Virus record (IMG/VR): IMGVR_UViG_3300046002_005803
Coordinates: 1 to 64,000 of that record
DNA from: a virus
Lineage: Duplodnaviria > Heunggongvirae > Uroviricota > Caudoviricetes
Strand: one strand, 5' to 3'
Length of the DNA: 64,000 nucleotides
The position numbers and the translations under genes are program-made. Numbering within the stretch: position 1 is the first letter of the stretch; each line of letters opens with the position of its first letter. The notes beneath the pieces are model-generated. The model saw only the letters and a program-made list of their open reading frames with translations, made no database searches and was not told where the DNA came from. Positions 8,975 to 17,251 of the stretch are shown here, piece after piece.

Positions 8975-9184
8975 TTAACACTCTATATCTACATTTTGTC
9001 CCTTACTCCTACCTAAACGCCGATTTGCTTCAGTCCTTAGTTCTTGATTTCTAGTATCTATGCCCTTGATTATTTTTTTAGTATCTTCAACTATTTTTCT
9101 ATACCGTTCTTCCTCGTGCGTTCTTATTACTGCTGCTCGTTGTAACTCAACCAGTTGTTGATGATTAATCCCTTGTACTTTCAT
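8975..9184 (-). CDS. Hypothetical protein
   Basis: ORF only. Confidence 0.3.
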   Translation of the reverse strand: MKVQGINHQQLVELQRAAVIRTHEEERYRKIVEDTKKIIKGIDTRNQELRTEANRRLGRSKGQNVDIEC

Positions 9185-9525
9185 ATTGAAGTTTTAACCT
9201 TTCCATCGTCAAACCATACTACTTCTTTATTGTAACTGACCACTGCAACTTTGCTGTTTTCTTTCGCAAGTTGTGCAAGTTCATCTAGTGTTTTACCTTG
9301 GGCTATAAAGCTATTGGTTTCATGTTCGTAAAGATATAGAACCTCATTGCTATTCTCCACAAAATATTTCTTTACTGCAATTACTCCTGCGTTTTCCTCT
9401 GCTTCAATATCTATGCCTGCTTCTTTTAGTTTGATACGCAGGTGATAATAGATAATTTTAGCCATTATAAACATTCCCAATATGAATGCCAAGACGAGGG
9501 CCAGAAAAGATGAAATATAATCCAT
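9181..9525 (-). CDS. Hypothetical membrane-anchored protein (N-terminal TM helix)
   Basis: MDYISSFLALVLAFILGMFIMAKIIYY hydrophobic N-terminus. Confidence 0.35.
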   Translation of the reverse strand: MDYISSFLALVLAFILGMFIMAKIIYYHLRIKLKEAGIDIEAEENAGVIAVKKYFVENSNEVLYLYEHETNSFIAQGKTLDELAQLAKENSKVAVVSYNKEVVWFDDGKVKTSI

Positions 9526-9529
9526 ACTA

Positions 9530-9811
9530 TTATTTATTAATAGTTAAGTTAGACCATTTTTTCAGCTTCTCAAATTTTTGTTTCTTTGCTAAACTGATCC
9601 CAGTTTGAGTAACTCCGATCTTCATATCAACTAGCAATTCAACCATGGCAAACAGGTCACCAATTTCTTCTTCAAGCATATTAAGATTGGTTTTATCTTT
9701 ACCTGGCTTCATTTGGTCAGGTCCAAACCGCATACACTTACTAACAGCTTGTGTTACTTCTGCACATTCTTCTTGCAGGATTAACATGATTTCTTTTAAT
9801 TCATTATTCAT
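9530..9811 (-). CDS. MazG-like all-alpha nucleoside triphosphate pyrophosphohydrolase (small)
   Basis: Two EExxE/D helices: LILQEECAEVTQAV and LEEEIGDLFAMVELLVD, as in the MazG/HisE-like NTP-PPase fold; 93 aa. Confidence 0.5.
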   Translation of the reverse strand: MNNELKEIMLILQEECAEVTQAVSKCMRFGPDQMKPGKDKTNLNMLEEEIGDLFAMVELLVDMKIGVTQTGISLAKKQKFEKLKKWSNLTINK

Positions 9812-10038
9812 TCTTCAACTCCGAAATGATTTTTAACACTATCTCTAATCCGGTGCATAGTATCTATCTCCATATAATCAACTGGAGTTTCAAGTATAAC
9901 CTTGGCACATTCTGCCACAATCAACTGAGCGAACTTTTCATCCCTGGTGTCATACCAATCTGCATTGGCATCGGTATCGCAAATATCATTGGCATATTTG
10001 TCAGCCTGTATAACAAGTTCTTTAATTTGTTTGTTCAT
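9808..10038 (-). CDS. HFGVEE-family small protein (paralog 1)
   Basis: Ends ...KFAQLIVAECAKV...NHFGVEE*. Shares the KFAQLIV(Q)ECA core and C-terminus with 7 other ORFs; ATGA stop-start overlap with the next gene. Confidence 0.55.
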   Translation of the reverse strand: MNKQIKELVIQADKYANDICDTDANADWYDTRDEKFAQLIVAECAKVILETPVDYMEIDTMHRIRDSVKNHFGVEE

Positions 10039-10244
10039 TCTTCAACTCCGAAATGATGTTTAATTTGATGTCCTGGGTCTGCCCATCCACCATCGGCAAC
10101 CTTAGCACATTCCTGAACAATCAACTGGGCGAACTTTTCTTTATTAAACTTATAGTGTTGAACTACTGTTTGATTGTAGGAATCAAAAGTTTGGTAATCA
10201 AGTTCATCAGCCTGCTGGGCAAGTTGATTAATTCGTTCGTTCAT
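10035..10244 (-). CDS. HFGVEE-family small protein (paralog 2)
   Basis: MNERINQLAQQA...KFAQLIVQECAKV...HHFGVEE*. Confidence 0.55.
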   Translation of the reverse strand: MNERINQLAQQADELDYQTFDSYNQTVVQHYKFNKEKFAQLIVQECAKVADGGWADPGHQIKHHFGVEE

Positions 10245-10402
10245 CGTATTTCCTCTAATGCTCGTTTAACGTGTTTCTTTTTGTAGTGTGAAAAGTATTT
10301 GATAATTTCTTCATCAAACAAATAGTGCGGGTTACTCAAATTATGAGCACCGATAAACTCCTCAACCTCGTCCAACAATTCTTGGAACTTTTCTGGTTTC
10401 AT
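10241..10402 (-). CDS. Small ORF (53 aa), translationally coupled by ATGA overlaps on both sides
   Basis: Not in the ORF track (<60 aa). Reverse complement gives MKPEKFQELLDEVEEFIGAHNLSNPHY...ALEEIR*. It fills the gap between two family members. Confidence 0.3.
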   Translation of the reverse strand: MKPEKFQELLDEVEEFIGAHNLSNPHYLFDEEIIKYFSHYKKKHVKRALEEIR

Positions 10403-10593
10403 TCTTCAACTCCGAAAAGTTCTGTACCTGCCGCAACATGTCCGCTAGTAACTGCTTTACCGTTGCGTATAACCATTTCATTCCACATGCCTAATTCAAA
10501 GTTCCAACGAATGTATTGTTGATTAGGCAACTCGTACCATTTTCCGTCTCGGGGAGTATCGGCAAATTTTACTCTAGTTTCAACTTCGTTCAT
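10399..10593 (-). CDS. Small protein with HFGVEE-family C-terminus (LFGVEE) but a divergent body
   Basis: Ends TELFGVEE*; the terminal DNA (cattcttcaactccgaaa) is shared with the family. Confidence 0.45.
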   Translation of the reverse strand: MNEVETRVKFADTPRDGKWYELPNQQYIRWNFELGMWNEMVIRNGKAVTSGHVAAGTELFGVEE

Positions 10594-10844
10594 TCTTCAA
10601 CTCCGAAATGTTGTTTGATCTTGCCGACATAGGTTGAAGCAGGTTCACGATGATTTACTGCATTCTCTACAACACCTGCACATTCCTGCACAATCAACGC
10701 AGCGAACTTTTCTATTTGCTCTAATCCGTCTTGTTCAGAGTCAGCCAGGGCGTCAACCGTACCCCAGTAGTGTAGCAAGAGTGCTGGACCTAGTCTAGCC
10801 TGTAGAGCAAGTTGATTAATTCGTTCGTTCATTTTATACTCCAA
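10590..10844 (-). CDS. HFGVEE-family small protein (paralog 3)
   Basis: MNERINQLALQA...KFAALIVQECAGV...QHFGVEE*. Confidence 0.55.
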   Translation of the reverse strand: MEYKMNERINQLALQARLGPALLLHYWGTVDALADSEQDGLEQIEKFAALIVQECAGVVENAVNHREPASTYVGKIKQHFGVEE

Positions 10845-11064
10845 ACCGTTTGATAATTGTATTAAGTGCAGTGATGGCTACACTGTCACCTACAACATCA
10901 TCAGGGTGCAGCCAAATACCGTCTGGGTTATCTTCCGTTAGTGGGTTCTTACGCCAAGCGGCGAGTTCTTTTGTAAGATAGCTCTTGTACTCTTTTAATG
11001 TCAGCAGTGTAATACGATCTGCTGTTTCACCGTCTAGGGTGATTGGTCCGATTCGTTTGGTCAT
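10834..11064 (-). CDS. Hypothetical protein
   Basis: ORF only. Confidence 0.3.
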   Translation of the reverse strand: MTKRIGPITLDGETADRITLLTLKEYKSYLTKELAAWRKNPLTEDNPDGIWLHPDDVVGDSVAITALNTIIKRFGV

Positions 11065-11321
11065 AGTGAATCCCTCAATTTTTGAATCTTACGCAACACT
11101 AGGAGACATTCATTAAAACTCTTGCCTTCTTTTTCCATTCTAGTCAGCAAAATCTCTAATCGCATAATCTCTTCCGACTTTTGATCACGGGTTAACATTG
11201 TCATTCTTCAACCCATGTTATCTTGTGGATGATCATCTTTTGGCTGTGTATCTAAATATTGAAAGAATTTAACAAGACAATATACACTAACAATTAACTG
11301 AACCAATTCAACAATCATGCG

Positions 11322-11555
11322 TTACTCCTTGAAATGTTCTATCACTGCGTCAGCAACATCAAGGTAAGTGTTCTGCGGGAAATTATTGGCCACAACCTGC
11401 ATTGTTTCTTTGACAATCAGTTCGGCGAACTTTTCTAAATCACGATTAGCTGATTCAGGAAAATCAATTGGGTTATCAGTGTTGGTATAGTGCGGCTGCT
11501 GTGTCTTCCACTCTAATCCAGCTTGCCGCGCAAGTTGTTTAATTCGTTCGTTCAT
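11322..11555 (-). CDS. HFGVEE-family-related small protein (ends HFKE)
   Basis: MNERIKQLARQA...KFAELIVKETMQV...EHFKE*. Same N-terminus and core as the family. Confidence 0.5.
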   Translation of the reverse strand: MNERIKQLARQAGLEWKTQQPHYTNTDNPIDFPESANRDLEKFAELIVKETMQVVANNFPQNTYLDVADAVIEHFKE

Positions 11556-11875
11556 TCTTTATGAAAGTCTGGTTTAGTAATAATCTCAATCGTAGTATTT
11601 TCTATTTTAGAAATATCTTGTTGAAACTTAGCTAGGACACTGGCACCATATCCGCTAGTTCCTTCATTTCCTTTATAACAGATGTAAAGACTTCCCGATA
11701 TATTCGTATACTCAAATCTATCATCAAATTCTACTGTTTCGGTGATACCTGAACTAAGTTTCCAACTGTCACCACCTGTATATCCGCCATACCAATTACC
11801 AAATACTTTTTGTATTTTATCACCTTGGTGATTTATTTCAACAACAATCCATTTGTCTGGTTTATATGTACTCAT
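11552..11875 (-). CDS. Hypothetical protein
   Basis: ORF only. Confidence 0.35.
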   Translation of the reverse strand: MSTYKPDKWIVVEINHQGDKIQKVFGNWYGGYTGGDSWKLSSGITETVEFDDRFEYTNISGSLYICYKGNEGTSGYGASVLAKFQQDISKIENTTIEIITKPDFHKE

Positions 11876-12324
11876 GCTAATTCCTTCAAATACTTTTCAT
11901 GTTGAACCCAATCCCCATTACACAAGAAACCCCAATCGCGTGATTGCGGTCCCATAAAGAATAATGTAGTAGCAGTACCGCCCGCTTTCAATTCAAGCCA
12001 ATGATACTCGTTTGCTTTGCGATAGATCACGCTGCCTGGTCCGCGCCATTCTTGAAATTCAGTAATCACTTTACCTTCATAATTGAAAACAGGGGTATGC
12101 TCATAGTAGCCGCCTCTAAGAATGATGGTCATGTAATCCCAAGGATGATCATGCAAAATTGGGTCGTCACTCCGAACAATCTTGTGCAAGGTGACATTAA
12201 AGGGGAACCATTTGCGATCTTTGAGAAAGATATAATAACGATGTATATAATCTGCTCCAGTCCTACGATCTGGAATCAATCTATAGCGACCTAACTTATT
12301 CATTACATTATGAAAGAAACTCAT
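11872..12324 (-). CDS. Hypothetical protein (possible cupin-like fold)
   Basis: HDHPWDYMTIILRGGYYEH...YHWLE is loosely cupin-like. Confidence 0.35.
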   Translation of the reverse strand: MSFFHNVMNKLGRYRLIPDRRTGADYIHRYYIFLKDRKWFPFNVTLHKIVRSDDPILHDHPWDYMTIILRGGYYEHTPVFNYEGKVITEFQEWRGPGSVIYRKANEYHWLELKAGGTATTLFFMGPQSRDWGFLCNGDWVQHEKYLKELA

Positions 12325-12374
12325 TCAATACTCCCTTCGCTTATTATAGCACATAAATGATTTTAGTGCAAGTG

Positions 12375-12400
12375 AAAAAGGGTGCATAAAGCACCCTTTT
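12375..12400. terminator. Bidirectional rho-independent terminator hairpin
   Basis: AAAAA-GGGTGC-ATAAA-GCACCC-TTTT: perfect 6-bp GC-rich stem flanked by an A-run and a T-run. Confidence 0.6.
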
Positions 12401-12423
12401 CTTGCTTATCTCAAGTCTTGAGA

Positions 12424-12681
12424 TTAGACTTGGCTCATTGCCAAAGCACGATATCCAGCAGCTACCACACGACGGCTAGGACGACCTAGTTCGTACTTGG
12501 TAGTAACACGGCCTTTGCTATCTTTATGCTTATTTGCATATACAGCAAAACCAGCGAAACGCAAATCGCTAACTGTTGCGGTTGGGTTCTTTACGCCAAA
12601 ACGTGCAGAAATTTGCTTTGCAGTCAATTTTTGACCGTCTTTGAGAGCCTCCAATACACGGGCTTGTTTAGTTAAAGTCAT
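12424..12681 (-). CDS. Small helix-turn-helix DNA-binding protein (putative regulator)
   Basis: 85 aa. LTAKQISARFGVKNPTATVSDLR is HTH-like, with a basic C-terminus. Isolated between a terminator and a ~120-bp noncoding region. Confidence 0.4.
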   Translation of the reverse strand: MTLTKQARVLEALKDGQKLTAKQISARFGVKNPTATVSDLRFAGFAVYANKHKDSKGRVTTKYELGRPSRRVVAAGYRALAMSQV

Positions 12682-12802
12682 TTTATTTTCCTTATTAAAT
12701 GATTCATTGTTCGTACAATGTGTAGCAATTATACGATATTTCTAACTAGGGTACAATATATATTGGGCAACGAATTGTAATTAGATTCCCAATATAATTT
12801 AC

Positions 12803-13696
12803 TCATTCCCTGGTCCAAATAACTCCGTCAAATTTAGGCGGTAGATTGTCTAAGTCAAAATAAGCCAACTCAAATAAATCAGCAGCGGGATCATGTCCAG
12901 CATAGCCCCTAGGATTTGCAGCAACCAAAGTATCACCCATGTAATACATATGAGGATCATGTACATGGCCACATGTCCAGAGGACAATCTGAGGATGATC
13001 CAAAATGAATTCACTCAAATCACTGTGATAACCACCGTTCATCAAGTCTTGCCCAACATAACGAGGATGCGTACTCATTGAAGTAGGAGTATGATGTCCT
13101 ACAATAACAACCTTGCTATCTTTTGTATCAGCCAATACTGTTTTGAAATAGCCAACTGTTTGGAGATGCCTAATCGCAGTATGTGCAGGCCGCAACTTAG
13201 TATAGCCAAGTTCATCATTACGAATGACTCTAAAATCATTCAGCATTCCACTCAATGCATGAAGCGTAAGTGGATCGCCCTTATTGCAGTCAGTCCATAG
13301 AGTTGCACCAATGAAGGTAACATCACCAATCACCTTAGTGTCTTGCTCAAGAAAATAGACATTTGGAAACTTACTATATTCATCACGCAGATATTGGATA
13401 CTTGCTTTCCAGTTGCCATGATAGAATTCGTGATTGCCTGCAACTACCACAACATGTGGGAATTGAAAACTAACTCGTTTAATAAACTCACGGAAACGCA
13501 ATGCGGTTGCTTGTCTGCGACCCAAGTCAGCGAGATTTACATTACTATAAGGACCATAAGTCATTTCAGGATGATTGTGAAGGTCCTCGGCGATAAGGAT
13601 ATCACCGGACAGGATTAGTACATCTGCATTCTCTGTATTTTGAAGATTGATATCTTGGAACTCCAAGTGGATGTCCGACGCCAGGGCTATTTTCAT
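12803..13696 (-). CDS. Calcineurin-like metallophosphoesterase
   Basis: Motifs in order: ASDIHLE (DxH), ILSGDIL (GDxxD), VVVAGNHEF (GNHE), VIVGHHTP, CGHVHDPH (GHxH). Confidence 0.65.
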   Translation of the reverse strand: MKIALASDIHLEFQDINLQNTENADVLILSGDILIAEDLHNHPEMTYGPYSNVNLADLGRRQATALRFREFIKRVSFQFPHVVVVAGNHEFYHGNWKASIQYLRDEYSKFPNVYFLEQDTKVIGDVTFIGATLWTDCNKGDPLTLHALSGMLNDFRVIRNDELGYTKLRPAHTAIRHLQTVGYFKTVLADTKDSKVVIVGHHTPTSMSTHPRYVGQDLMNGGYHSDLSEFILDHPQIVLWTCGHVHDPHMYYMGDTLVAANPRGYAGHDPAADLFELAYFDLDNLPPKFDGVIWTRE

Positions 13697-13959
13697 TTTG
13701 TTAACAATTCTATTAATTTCTTTTGGGTGATCACCTCGTGAACACTTTTTACTTCTTTGATTACCATTTCAATTTCAACGACTTCCCATTCCGATATTTT
13801 ATGATTAAGAAGTTGGTCATTCATAACCAGTGTCAAGAATGTACGCAACTGACCAATCTTCTGAAAGATTCTTCCAGAGAAGGTATATGAATTATAACGC
13901 GGTGTTCCAGTCACATACCATTCTGGATTGTCTTTACTTCTAATCTTGTAATAAATCAT
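13693..13959 (-). CDS. Hypothetical protein
   Basis: ORF only. Confidence 0.3.
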   Translation of the reverse strand: MIYYKIRSKDNPEWYVTGTPRYNSYTFSGRIFQKIGQLRTFLTLVMNDQLLNHKISEWEVVEIEMVIKEVKSVHEVITQKKLIELLTK

Positions 13960-14285
13960 GCTATCGCCACCAGATGTTTACACATGCCGCGAAAAACATA
14001 CCCCGGGCAGCTACAGGTTTTTTCTTCAGTGTCAAGTGAATAGACCTGACCTTTGCTACCGGACACTTTGACTATTGTACTCTTTTCTTTGACCTTCTTA
14101 AAAGGATTTGGGTTAAGTGCTGCAAACTTACGACCACGCTTGTCAATTGTCAATGGAGTTTTGAGATAGAGTGGGGTAGTAGAACCCTGTCTAATATACG
14201 CAAGCACCTTGGTGCCATCAAGCAAGTATTTATGATTGGGCTGAACATCGCCCGACCATTCAGTTGTTTCTACTACTGCTTCCAT
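13956..14285 (-). CDS. SWIM-type zinc-finger protein
   Basis: C-terminal TCSCPGYVFRGMCKHLVAI fits the CxCx(n)CxH SWIM pattern. Confidence 0.4.
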   Translation of the reverse strand: MEAVVETTEWSGDVQPNHKYLLDGTKVLAYIRQGSTTPLYLKTPLTIDKRGRKFAALNPNPFKKVKEKSTIVKVSGSKGQVYSLDTEEKTCSCPGYVFRGMCKHLVAIA

Positions 14286-14287
14286 TG

Positions 14288-14497
14288 TTAAACCCCAAAA
14301 TGTTTTTTAATCGTTTTATCAATTCTCCGCTGATACCGTTCGTCGGTAAATGTTTGCGGAAACAGTTCAGCACATTCCCGCACAATCAACTGAGCAAACT
14401 TTTCAACAAAATCTTTACTGTACGGAATAGTCACAGGATATCCATCCGGACTTTGGTGTGATGCCTGTTCAGCAAGTGATAGAATTCGTTCGTTCAT
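14288..14497 (-). CDS. HFGVEE-family small protein (paralog 4; ends HFGV)
   Basis: MNERILSLAEQA...KFAQLIVRECAEL...KHFGV*. Confidence 0.5.
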   Translation of the reverse strand: MNERILSLAEQASHQSPDGYPVTIPYSKDFVEKFAQLIVRECAELFPQTFTDERYQRRIDKTIKKHFGV

Positions 14498-14922
14498 TCT
14501 GCTTCAACCTTAGTCAATTGCTCACTCAATACATACAGTTGACCGGGCACCATGTTATCTTCGGCTTCATATGCAACACCAACATACCAAACACCATCCC
14601 GCATAATGTAGTAGTATTCGCAATCATACTCCTTGTCTAAGAATTCTGCATAAGATTGGTCCACAGTAAAGTCAACATCAGAATCACCACGATCACGACC
14701 GTAGAAAGTACAGCTATCAGTGAGAGCATCAAAATCGTGCTTCTCACCAATTTCTTCTTTGAGGGAACTCAAGGAACCAAGAGATACCAGACGATTTGCC
14801 TTAGCACTATCATAGTGTTCTTGCAGGATACGACCATTGTACGACAGATAACCGTCCCAATGACAGTAAACGCTTTTCAGCTTGTCACCATGCATAACAC
14901 CGATTCGTGAACGAGTACTCAT
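14494..14922 (-). CDS. Hypothetical protein
   Basis: ORF only. Confidence 0.35.
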   Translation of the reverse strand: MSTRSRIGVMHGDKLKSVYCHWDGYLSYNGRILQEHYDSAKANRLVSLGSLSSLKEEIGEKHDFDALTDSCTFYGRDRGDSDVDFTVDQSYAEFLDKEYDCEYYYIMRDGVWYVGVAYEAEDNMVPGQLYVLSEQLTKVEAE

Positions 14923-14937
14923 TTCTAATTCCTTTAA

Positions 14938-15255
14938 TTAAATTTTACCAGTTGCAAACGCAAACTCTGCTTGATACCCATTAGGGAACCAGCCAAGGCA
15001 CGCTGTGCCGTTTTCAGTTACAAAAACAGAGTCACCGCGCTGATTGATTCGCAATTTTAATACGCGGCCGTTGAACTTCATCGTGGCGCTTCTTTTGCCT
15101 TTCGCATATGTAGAATCAACTTGATTGCGAATCTCTTTACGAGCGTTAGCAAGTGTAGTGTCGAGAGTTGTATACTGCACCTTGAGGTCAGTAATCTGTT
15201 GACACAGGGCTTCTTGTGCAGCAAGCAATTTGTTGTAGTCTTTGAGATTTGTCAT
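14938..15255 (-). CDS. Hypothetical protein
   Basis: ORF; preceded by a promoter/leader cassette copy. Confidence 0.4.
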   Translation of the reverse strand: MTNLKDYNKLLAAQEALCQQITDLKVQYTTLDTTLANARKEIRNQVDSTYAKGKRSATMKFNGRVLKLRINQRGDSVFVTENGTACLGWFPNGYQAEFAFATGKI

Positions 15256-15289
15256 TTTTCAAGTCCTTTAATTAACTGTCTAAGAGTAT

Positions 15290-15318
15290 ATTATATCACC
15301 AAAACCATTTGTTGTCAA
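15290..15318 (-). promoter_or_regulatory. Consensus sigma70 promoter (TTGACA-17-TATAAT) within the reiterated ~60-bp promoter/leader cassette, copy A
   Basis: Reverse complement = TTGACAacaaatggttttggtgaTATAAT, followed by the conserved leader atactcttagacagttaattaaaggac and an ATG about 8 nt after AAAGGA. Confidence 0.6.
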
Positions 15319-15322
15319 CCTT

Positions 15323-15562
15323 TTACAGTGCTTCCAACTTAGCGATTTCAGCCTTCAATGCCTGAATTCGTTCAGCAACAACTTTAGCTTTGACAAGTGG
15401 AATCTGTTTCATTACATCATCAAAAAACTTGTTAAAAGTAACCCCTAGATTCTCGGCAGCAGGGCGCCATTCCCTTTGAGAAACCATACCTTGTGTCAGT
15501 TTGTCTTTAACTGCTTTTTCAGCATATTGATTGATTGCGTTTGTGTATTTTATTGTTGCCAT
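15323..15562 (-). CDS. Hypothetical protein
   Basis: ORF downstream of cassette copy B. Confidence 0.35.
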   Translation of the reverse strand: MATIKYTNAINQYAEKAVKDKLTQGMVSQREWRPAAENLGVTFNKFFDDVMKQIPLVKAKVVAERIQALKAEIAKLEAL

Positions 15563-15594
15563 TTTTAGTCCTTTAATTAACTGTCTAAGAGTAT

Positions 15595-15623
15595 ATTATA
15601 TACCCAAAACCATTTATTGTCAA
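15595..15623 (-). promoter_or_regulatory. Consensus sigma70 promoter, cassette copy B
   Basis: Reverse complement = TTGACAataaatggttttgggtaTATAAT plus the conserved leader. Confidence 0.6.
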
Positions 15624-15628
15624 CCTTT

Positions 15629-15907
15629 TTACACTAGATCCACTTGAATTTGTTTACCGCGGATAGTAGTTCCGAGACCAGTTGGGATTCCAAACCGATT
15701 TGCTTTAGCTAGCAGCCGATCTTGGGCCAGTATTTCTAGTGCATCCCAGCACAATGAACGAGCATTAGTCGTAGCAAATTGTTCGGACATTTGCTTGACA
15801 GTCAAGTATATGCCAATATCATTTTCACTACCATCACCCTTGAAAATCACACGAATTTTTTGAGAATTTTTCAAACCTTGGATAATAGCTTTTGTACGCA
15901 TTTTCAT
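15629..15907 (-). CDS. Hypothetical protein
   Basis: ORF downstream of cassette copy C. Confidence 0.35.
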   Translation of the reverse strand: MKMRTKAIIQGLKNSQKIRVIFKGDGSENDIGIYLTVKQMSEQFATTNARSLCWDALEILAQDRLLAKANRFGIPTGLGTTIRGKQIQVDLV

Positions 15908-15934
15908 GTCCTTTAATTAACTGTCTAAGTATGT

Positions 15935-15963
15935 ATTATATACCCAAAATCATTTAATGTCAA
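15935..15963 (-). promoter_or_regulatory. Consensus sigma70 promoter, cassette copy C (-35 overlaps the stop codon of the upstream HD-hydrolase gene)
   Basis: Reverse complement = TTGACAttaaatgattttgggtaTATAAT plus the conserved leader. Confidence 0.6.
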
Positions 15964-16403
15964 CCTAGTCGTGCTTTGATTTCCATGAAGAAAGTATGAT
16001 ATTTTGCCATCCTGGCAATATCCTTTTCTGTAACTCCCTTCAGTCGGCGAATATCGGTGTTGTGTCGCAAATCAGCCATCTTGACCCGCATCGCATCCTC
16101 GCTAGCAAAAACACCTTCCTTGTACTCATCATATGTCTGACCAGGAACTTTAGTCAATGCACGAATGCCAGAGATGACTCGCTCACTGATACCAGCATCA
16201 CGAAGGTCTTTGTAAGTAACCGAAGTATCTTCAATAACATCATGCCCCAGAGCAATGCACATCAATTCCTCGTCATCACTTTTCAGGTAGTGCATAACTT
16301 TCAGTGGATGTAGAATGTACGGGGCACCACCGCGATCAAATGCACCAGCATGGGCGTTAGTAGCAATGACTAGCATTGTTCCAAGCATTTCACCCCTTTT
16401 CAT
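15960..16403 (-). CDS. SpoT/RelA-type HD-domain (p)ppGpp hydrolase (small, Mesh1-like)
   Basis: AHAGAFDRGGAPYILHPLKVMHYL...MCIALGHDVIEDTSVTYKDL...RALTKV aligns with the SpoT hydrolase HD core (AHagQfRksGePYItHPleVA...aaLLHDViEDT.aT...l...V.elVeGVTKl). Confidence 0.7.
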   Translation of the reverse strand: MKRGEMLGTMLVIATNAHAGAFDRGGAPYILHPLKVMHYLKSDDEELMCIALGHDVIEDTSVTYKDLRDAGISERVISGIRALTKVPGQTYDEYKEGVFASEDAMRVKMADLRHNTDIRRLKGVTEKDIARMAKYHTFFMEIKARLG

Positions 16404-16433
16404 AATGTGTACCCTTTCTTTATCTGTACTTAC

Positions 16434-16462
16434 AGTATAGCATATTGCCTATTTAATGCCAA
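16434..16462 (-). promoter_or_regulatory. Sigma70-like promoter (TTGGCA-17-TATACT) for the HD-hydrolase gene
   Basis: Reverse complement = TTGGCAttaaataggcaatatgcTATACT, about 30 nt upstream of the ATG. Confidence 0.45.
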
Positions 16463-16466
16463 CCTT

Positions 16467-16562
16467 TTACGGCTTCATCATAAACGCAAAGTAATAGAAA
16501 AAAGGGCCAAACATTGTTACTGCAATGATGGCTGCTTGAAGTAGTTCAATTAAGTATTTCAT
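16467..16562 (-). CDS. Very small hydrophobic peptide (31 aa)
   Basis: MKYLIELLQAAIIAVTMFGPFFYYFAFMMKP*, immediately downstream of a promoter. Below ORF-track size. Confidence 0.25.
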   Translation of the reverse strand: MKYLIELLQAAIIAVTMFGPFFYYFAFMMKP

Positions 16563-16568
16563 GCTGTA

Positions 16569-16597
16569 AGTATATCACCGAAATCACTTATTGTCAA
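16569..16597 (-). promoter_or_regulatory. Sigma70-like promoter (TTGACA-17-TATACT)
   Basis: Reverse complement = TTGACAataagtgatttcggtgaTATACT; a related but diverged copy of the cassette promoter. Confidence 0.5.
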
Positions 16598-16602
16598 CCG
16601 TT

Positions 16603-17190
16603 TTATGGACGCTTTTTCAGTACAGAATCAGACAAACCATATGCTACTGATTCGGCAGCACTCAGAAAATAGTCTCTTTCCATATCCTTAGCTAGTTCTT
16701 CATAAGTTTTACCTACACTATTGTGGTCAACATAGATTTGTGTAAGACTCTTTTTCATAGCTAAAATTTCTTTAACTTGAATTTCCATATCAGTAGCTTG
16801 TCCACGTGCGCCGCCTGAGGGCTGATGAACCATGTGCCGAGCATTTGGTAACATATAACGCTTGCCCTTAGCACCTGCTTGTGCAAGTAAACTTCCCATT
16901 GAGCAGGCCTGACCCATAACAATAGTCATAATATCGGGTTTAATGAATTGCATACAATCATATATGGCCATGCCCGCCGTTACACTTCCACCGGGACTAT
17001 TGATGTAGATAGAAATATCTTTATCTGCTTCACTTTCTAGGTAAAGCAATTGGGCAACAACTAGATTGGCCATTTGATCATGTACTTCACCTTCAAGCAA
17101 AATAACACGGTCACGCAACATGCGGCTGTATATATCATACGACCTTTCACCTTTACTTGTTTGTTCTAAAACCATTGGGACTAGTGACAT
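16603..17190 (-). CDS. clpP: ATP-dependent Clp protease proteolytic subunit ClpP
   Basis: Near-colinear with bacterial ClpP: [28 protein letters not shown]..., catalytic-Ser region [14 protein letters not shown], His region MVHQPSGG, Asp region. Confidence 0.9.
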   Translation of the reverse strand: MSLVPMVLEQTSKGERSYDIYSRMLRDRVILLEGEVHDQMANLVVAQLLYLESEADKDISIYINSPGGSVTAGMAIYDCMQFIKPDIMTIVMGQACSMGSLLAQAGAKGKRYMLPNARHMVHQPSGGARGQATDMEIQVKEILAMKKSLTQIYVDHNSVGKTYEELAKDMERDYFLSAAESVAYGLSDSVLKKRP

Positions 17191-17212
17191 AAGATTCCTT
17201 AAATAAAGTCTT

Positions 17213-17241
17213 ATTGTACTGCAATCTCAAGCAGAAGTCAA
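17213..17241 (-). promoter_or_regulatory. Sigma70-like promoter (TTGACT-17-TACAAT) for clpP
   Basis: Reverse complement = TTGACTtctgcttgagattgcagTACAAT; AAGGA RBS 5 nt before the clpP ATG. Confidence 0.5.
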
Positions 17242-17251
17242 CTGATTGTGG

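Noticed and set aside
12700-12800. Putative promoter in the ~120-bp noncoding region upstream of the HTH gene
   Set aside because: A TATAAT-like hexamer is present, but no acceptable -35 element at 16-18 bp spacing could be found.
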